DNA of 2,827 nucleotides from Enterobacteria phage CUS-3: sequence record FN395002.1; one strand, 5' to 3'. Shown piece by piece: positions 1 to 2,827 of this stretch (position 1 is its first letter; each line of letters starts with the position of its first letter). The notes under the pieces were generated by a model. It saw only the letters and a program-made list of their open reading frames with translations, ran no database searches and was not told where the DNA came from. The position numbers and the translations under genes were made by a program.

Positions 1-438
1 ATGGCGCGCCCAACAAAGTATCAAGAGGCGTATGCCGAACAGGCACGCAAACTGTGCTTGCTGGGCTACACCGATGCAGAGCTTGCTGATTTCTTCGAAG
101 TCAGTGAGTCAACTATTAACAAGTGGAAGCTTGATTATCCTGAGTTTTCGGAGTCCATAAAAAAGGGTAAGGCCGTCGCTGATGCAGAAGTTAGTGACCG
201 TCTTTATCAACGCGCTATGGGCTTCGTGGCTCCAGACATCGATATTCGTGTTATTGAAAACAGAATTGTCGAAACTCCGCTTGAGAAGTATTACCCGCCT
301 GATACAACTGCCGCCATCTTCTGGCTTAAGAACCGACAGAAGGATAAATGGCGCGACAAGGTTGATCACGAGCTAACAGGCAAAGACGGCGGCGCAATTC
401 AGATTGAAACATCACCGATGAGCACTCTGTTCGGAAAA
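1..438 (+). CDS. terS: Phage terminase small subunit (TerS), 146 codons visible; stop codon presumably hidden in the N-run starting at 439
   Basis: Frame 1 ORF from ATG at 1, open through 438 (MARPTKYQEAYAEQARKLCLLGYTDAELADFFEVSESTINKWKLDYPEF...). N-terminal part looks like a helix-turn-helix DNA-binding domain typical of small terminases. C-terminal 20 residues GKDGGAIQIETSPMSTLFGK (nt 379-438) match my recollection of the C-terminus of Shigella phage Sf6 gp1. The track ORF end at 543 depends on a TGA at 541-543 reached only through masked bases and is not reliable. Confidence 0.85.
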
Positions 439-538
439 NNNNNNNNNNNNNNNNNNNNNNNNNNNNNNNNNNNNNNNNNNNNNNNNNNNNNNNNNNNNNN
501 NNNNNNNNNNNNNNNNNNNNNNNNNNNNNNNNNNNNNN
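439..538. other. N-run (100 nt) - assembly gap or mask
   Basis: 100 consecutive n characters; 100 is a conventional unknown-size scaffold gap length. Confidence 1.
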
Positions 539-1762
539 TCTGAGCCATGTGTAAAATATTATGATGGCATTCTGTATCTGACGACCAGGGGGACATTAAG
601 TACTCAACCCGGTAGTTCATTGCACAGAAGCTCTGATTTAGGTACATCATGGAATTCTCTTCGCTTCCCAAATAATGTTCATCACTCAAACCTTCCTTTT
701 GCCAAAGTTGGCGATGAGCTGGTTATTTTTGGCAGTGAGCGCGCATTTGGTGAGTGGGAAGGAGGAGAACCTGATAACCGTTATGCAGGAAATTATCCAA
801 GAACATTTATGACCAGAGTTAACGTCAATGAGTGGAGTCTGGATAATGTAGAGTGGGTTAATGTTACTGATCAGATTTATCAGGGCGGAATAGTTAACTC
901 TGCGGTTGGTGTTGGTTCAGTTTGTATCAAAGACAACTGGCTGTACTACATTTTCGGTGGGGAAGATTTTCTAAACCCATGGAGCATAGGGGATAACAAC
1001 AGAAAATATCCTTATGTTCACGATGGTCACNNNNNNNNNNNNNNNNNNNNNNNNNNNNNNNNNNNNNNNNNNNNNNNNNNNNNNNNNNNNNNNNNNNNNN
1101 NNNNNNNNNNNNNNNNNNNNNNNNNNNNNNNNNNNNNNNNNNNNNNNNNNNNNNNNNNNNNNNNNNNNNNNNNNNNNNNNNNNNNNNNNNNNNNNNNNNN
1201 NNNNNNNNNNNNNNNNNNNNNNNNNNNNNNNNNNNNNNNNNNNNNNNNNNNNNNNNNNNNNNNNNNNNNNNNNNNNNNNNNNNNNNNNNNNNNNNNNNNN
1301 NNNNNNNNNNNNNNNNNNNNNAGCGGCGGTGAAACAACGTCTTCAGCAGATGGTGCAATGATAACGTTGCATGGTTCCGGAAGCAGTACTCCACGTCGCG
1401 CGGTATATAACGCACTCGAACATCTTTTTGAGAACGGAGATGTTAAACCTTATCTTGATAATGTAAATGCTCTTGGTGGTCCGGGAAACAGGTTCTCGAC
1501 AGTTTATCTTGGCTCCAATCCTGTGGTTACCAGTGACGGAACATTAAAGACAGAGCCGGTCTCTCCTGACGAAGCATTGCTGGATGCCTGGGGTGACGTC
1601 AGGTATATCGCTTATAAATGGCTGAACGCTGTCGCTATAAAGGGGGAAGAAGGGGCGAGGATACATCATGGTGTAATCGCGCAGCAACTTCGTGATGTTC
1701 TTATTTCTCACGGACTCATGGAAGAAGAAAGCACAACATGCCGCTATGCCTTTCTTTGCTAT
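539..1762 (+). CDS. endoN: Tailspike endo-N-acetylneuraminidase (endosialidase), partial: visible segments 539-1030 (beta-propeller region) and 1322-1762 (stalk end plus start of C-terminal chaperone domain); both termini and interior masked
   Basis: Frame 2 is open across both visible segments, and the 291-nt N-run between them is a multiple of 3. Segment 1 translates to ...YYDGILYLTTRGTLSTQPGSSLHRSSDLGTSWNSLRFPNN...SAVGVGSVCIKDNWLYYIFGGEDFLNPWSIGDNNRKYPYVHDGH with a sialidase Asp-box. Segment 2 translates to ...TLHGSGSSTPRRAVYNALEHLFENGDVKPYLDNVNALGGPGNRFSTVYLGSNPVVTSDGTLKTEPVSPDEALLDAWGDVRYIAYKW..., resembling the Peptidase_S74 intramolecular chaperone domain of endosialidases and tail fibres. 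Not in the supplied ORF track because no stop codon bounds it in the window. Confidence 0.7.
629..652 (+). other. Asp-box (BNR) motif S-x-D-x-G-x-S-W within the tailspike beta-propeller
   Basis: Codons agc tct gat tta ggt aca tca tgg give S-S-D-L-G-T-S-W, matching the sialidase Asp-box consensus S-x-D-x-G-x-(T/S)-W. Confidence 0.7.
1031..1321. other. N-run (291 nt) inside the tailspike gene
   Basis: 291 consecutive n; 97 codons, frame-preserving between the two tailspike segments. Confidence 1.
1532..1549 (+). other. Probable autoproteolytic maturation site (Ser-Lys dyad) at the start of the tailspike C-terminal intramolecular chaperone domain
   Basis: Codons agt gac gga aca tta aag give S-D-G-T-L-K, with Ser and Lys spaced i and i+5. 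This matches the catalytic Ser/Lys arrangement described for the endosialidase endoNF C-terminal domain (Ser911/Lys916), which is cleaved off after trimer folding. Confidence 0.6.
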
Positions 1763-2179
1763 NNNNNNNNNNNNNNNNNNNNNNNNNNNNNNNNNNNNNN
1801 NNNNNNNNNNNNNNNNNNNNNNNNNNNNNNNNNNNNNNNNNNNNNNNNNNNNNNNNNNNNNNNNNNNNNNNNNNNNNNNNNNNNNNNNNNNNNNNNNNNN
1901 NNNNNNNNNNNNNNNNNNNNNNNNNNNNNNNNNNNNNNNNNNNNNNNNNNNNNNNNNNNNNNNNNNNNNNNNNNNNNNNNNNNNNNNNNNNNNNNNNNNN
2001 NNNNNNNNNNNNNNNNNNNNNNNNNNNNNNNNNNNNNNNNNNNNNNNNNNNNNNNNNNNNNNNNNNNNNNNNNNNNNNNNNNNNNNNNNNNNNNNNNNNN
2101 NNNNNNNNNNNNNNNNNNNNNNNNNNNNNNNNNNNNNNNNNNNNNNNNNNNNNNNNNNNNNNNNNNNNNNNNNNNNNNN
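1763..2179. other. N-run (417 nt) covering the tailspike 3' end, the tailspike-neuO junction and probably the neuO 5' region
   Basis: 417 consecutive n (139 codons). Visible sequence resumes exactly at an ATG at 2180. Confidence 1.
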
Positions 2180-2827
2180 ATGTCGTTTTCCATTGATGAT
2201 AATGGGTCAGGTAATATTTTTGTATGTGGAGATCTTGTAAATAGCAAAGAGAATAAAGTTCAGTTCAATGGAAACAATAACAAACTTATTATAGAAGATG
2301 ATGTTGAGTGTCGATGGCTTACCGTAATATTTAGGGGGGATAATAATTACGTAAGAATACATAAAAACAGTAAGATTAAAGGTGATATTGTCGCAACAAA
2401 AGGTTCAAAAGTTATTATCGGTAGAAGAACGACAATAGGTGCAGGTTTTGAAGTCGTCACTGATAAGTGCAATGTTACAATTGGCCATGACTGCATGATA
2501 GCAAGAGATGTTATTTTGCGTGCATCAGATGGGCATCCTATATTTGATATTCATAGCAAAAAAAGGATTAATTGGGCAAAAGATATCATTATATCTAGTT
2601 ACGTATGGGTAGGGAGAAATGTCTCTATAATGAAAGGGGTATCTGTTGGAAGCGGATCTGTCATTGGGTATGGGAGTATTGTAACTAAAGATGTGCCATC
2701 TATGTGTGCAGCAGCCGGTAATCCAGCAAAAATAATAAAAAGAAATATAATATGGGCAAGAACGGATAAAGCGGAGCTAATTAGTGATGACAAGAGATGC
2801 TCCAGCTATCATGCGAAGCTCACGCAA
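2180..2827 (+). CDS. neuO: Hexapeptide-repeat (left-handed beta-helix) O-acetyltransferase, most likely polysialic acid O-acetyltransferase NeuO; 216 codons visible, no stop in window (3' partial); 5' end may extend into the upstream N-run
   Basis: Frame 2 from ATG at 2180 is open to the window end: MSFSIDDNGSGNIFVCGDLVNSKENKVQFNGNNNKLIIEDDVECRW...VIIGRRTTIGAGFEVVTDKCNVTIGHDCMIARDVILRASDGHPIFD...VWVGRNVSIMKGVSVGSGSVIGYGSIVTKDVPSMCAAAGNPAKIIKRNIIW... Repeating [LIV]-G-x-x-x-x hexapeptides and a C-terminal AAGNPAKII motif are typical of acetyltransferases of this fold. Position directly downstream of an endosialidase tailspike matches the CUS-3 neuO arrangement. Naming as neuO is from context and memory, not a search. 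Confidence 0.75.
   Translation, partial: MSFSIDDNGSGNIFVCGDLVNSKENKVQFNGNNNKLIIEDDVECRWLTVIFRGDNNYVRIHKNSKIKGDIVATKGSKVIIGRRTTIGAGFEVVTDKCNVTIGHDCMIARDVILRASDGHPIFDIHSKKRINWAKDIIISSYVWVGRNVSIMKGVSVGSGSVIGYGSIVTKDVPSMCAAAGNPAKIIKRNIIWARTDKAELISDDKRCSSYHAKLTQ

Larger units (their letters stand above)
1..2827 (+). mobile_element. Segment(s) of a P22-like (CUS-3-like) prophage: packaging gene, tailspike and adjacent cargo gene, interrupted by N-runs
   Basis: Gene content only: TerS, endosialidase-type tailspike and a hexapeptide acetyltransferase immediately downstream of the tailspike, all on one strand. No att sites, integrase or tRNA are visible, so element boundaries are unknown. Confidence 0.7.

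Noticed and set aside
109-376. Track ORFs 109-369 (-) and 182-376 (+) overlapping terS
   Set aside because: Both lie entirely inside the well-supported TerS frame, are short, and have no recognisable motifs; treated as chance ORFs.
1-543. Track ORF 1-543 (180 aa) ending at TGA 541-543
   Set aside because: Residues beyond 438 are translated N's. The TGA at 541-543 is in frame only if the masked stretch is exactly 100 nt. The TerS C-terminus matches a natural protein end at ...LFGK, so the real stop is probably at or just after 439.
399-689. Track ORF 399-689 (-), 96 aa, spanning the first N-run
   Set aside because: A third of it is masked X residues and it is antisense to TerS and the tailspike; artefact of translating through N's.
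927-2247. Track ORFs 927-1415 (-), 1014-1361 (+), 1692-2240 (+), 1738-2196 (+), 1759-2247 (-)
   Set aside because: Each consists mostly of translated N's with only short real flanks; none is a supportable gene. The real coding frame here is + frame 2 (tailspike, then neuO).
2558-2564. A7 homopolymer inside neuO (also G6 at 2334-2339 and G5 at 588-592)
   Set aside because: Considered as slipped-strand phase-variation tracts, but runs of 5-7 nt are too short to be convincing contingency repeats. The documented neuO switch is a heptanucleotide array, which is not visible here.
2599-2793. Antisense ORF 2599-2793 (-), 64 aa, hydrophobic
   Set aside because: Lies wholly within the neuO coding frame on the opposite strand. 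Its hydrophobic character comes from the reverse complement of the hexapeptide-repeat region; no start context or motif supports it.
1-2827. CRISPR arrays, tRNA/rRNA genes, attachment sites, promoters and terminators
   Set aside because: No spaced direct repeats, tRNA-like sequence or flanking direct repeats are seen in the unmasked sequence. All intergenic regions where promoters or terminators would sit fall inside N-runs, so none can be called.

Overview
The window looks like a gapped piece of a P22-like prophage of the CUS-3 type, as found in Escherichia coli K1, not an undescribed system. About 29% of it (808 of 2827 nt) is N-masked in three runs, so every gene is incomplete or interrupted. 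All visible coding is on the + strand: (1) a small terminase subunit (TerS, 1-438) with an Sf6-gp1-like C-terminal tail; (2) two in-frame fragments of an endosialidase tailspike (539-1030 with an Asp-box motif; 1322-1762 with the Ser-Lys autocleavage signature of the C-terminal intramolecular chaperone domain); (3) a hexapeptide-repeat acetyltransferase (2180-2827, running off the window end) that I identify as the polysialic-acid O-acetyltransferase NeuO. The most interesting points are things I cannot see directly: the heptanucleotide phase-variation tract expected at the 5' end of neuO would fall in the 417-nt N-run, and TerS abutting a tailspike across a 100-N gap is not collinear with any P22-like genome. 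Identifications rest on reading the translations and on recalled family knowledge; no database search was run.
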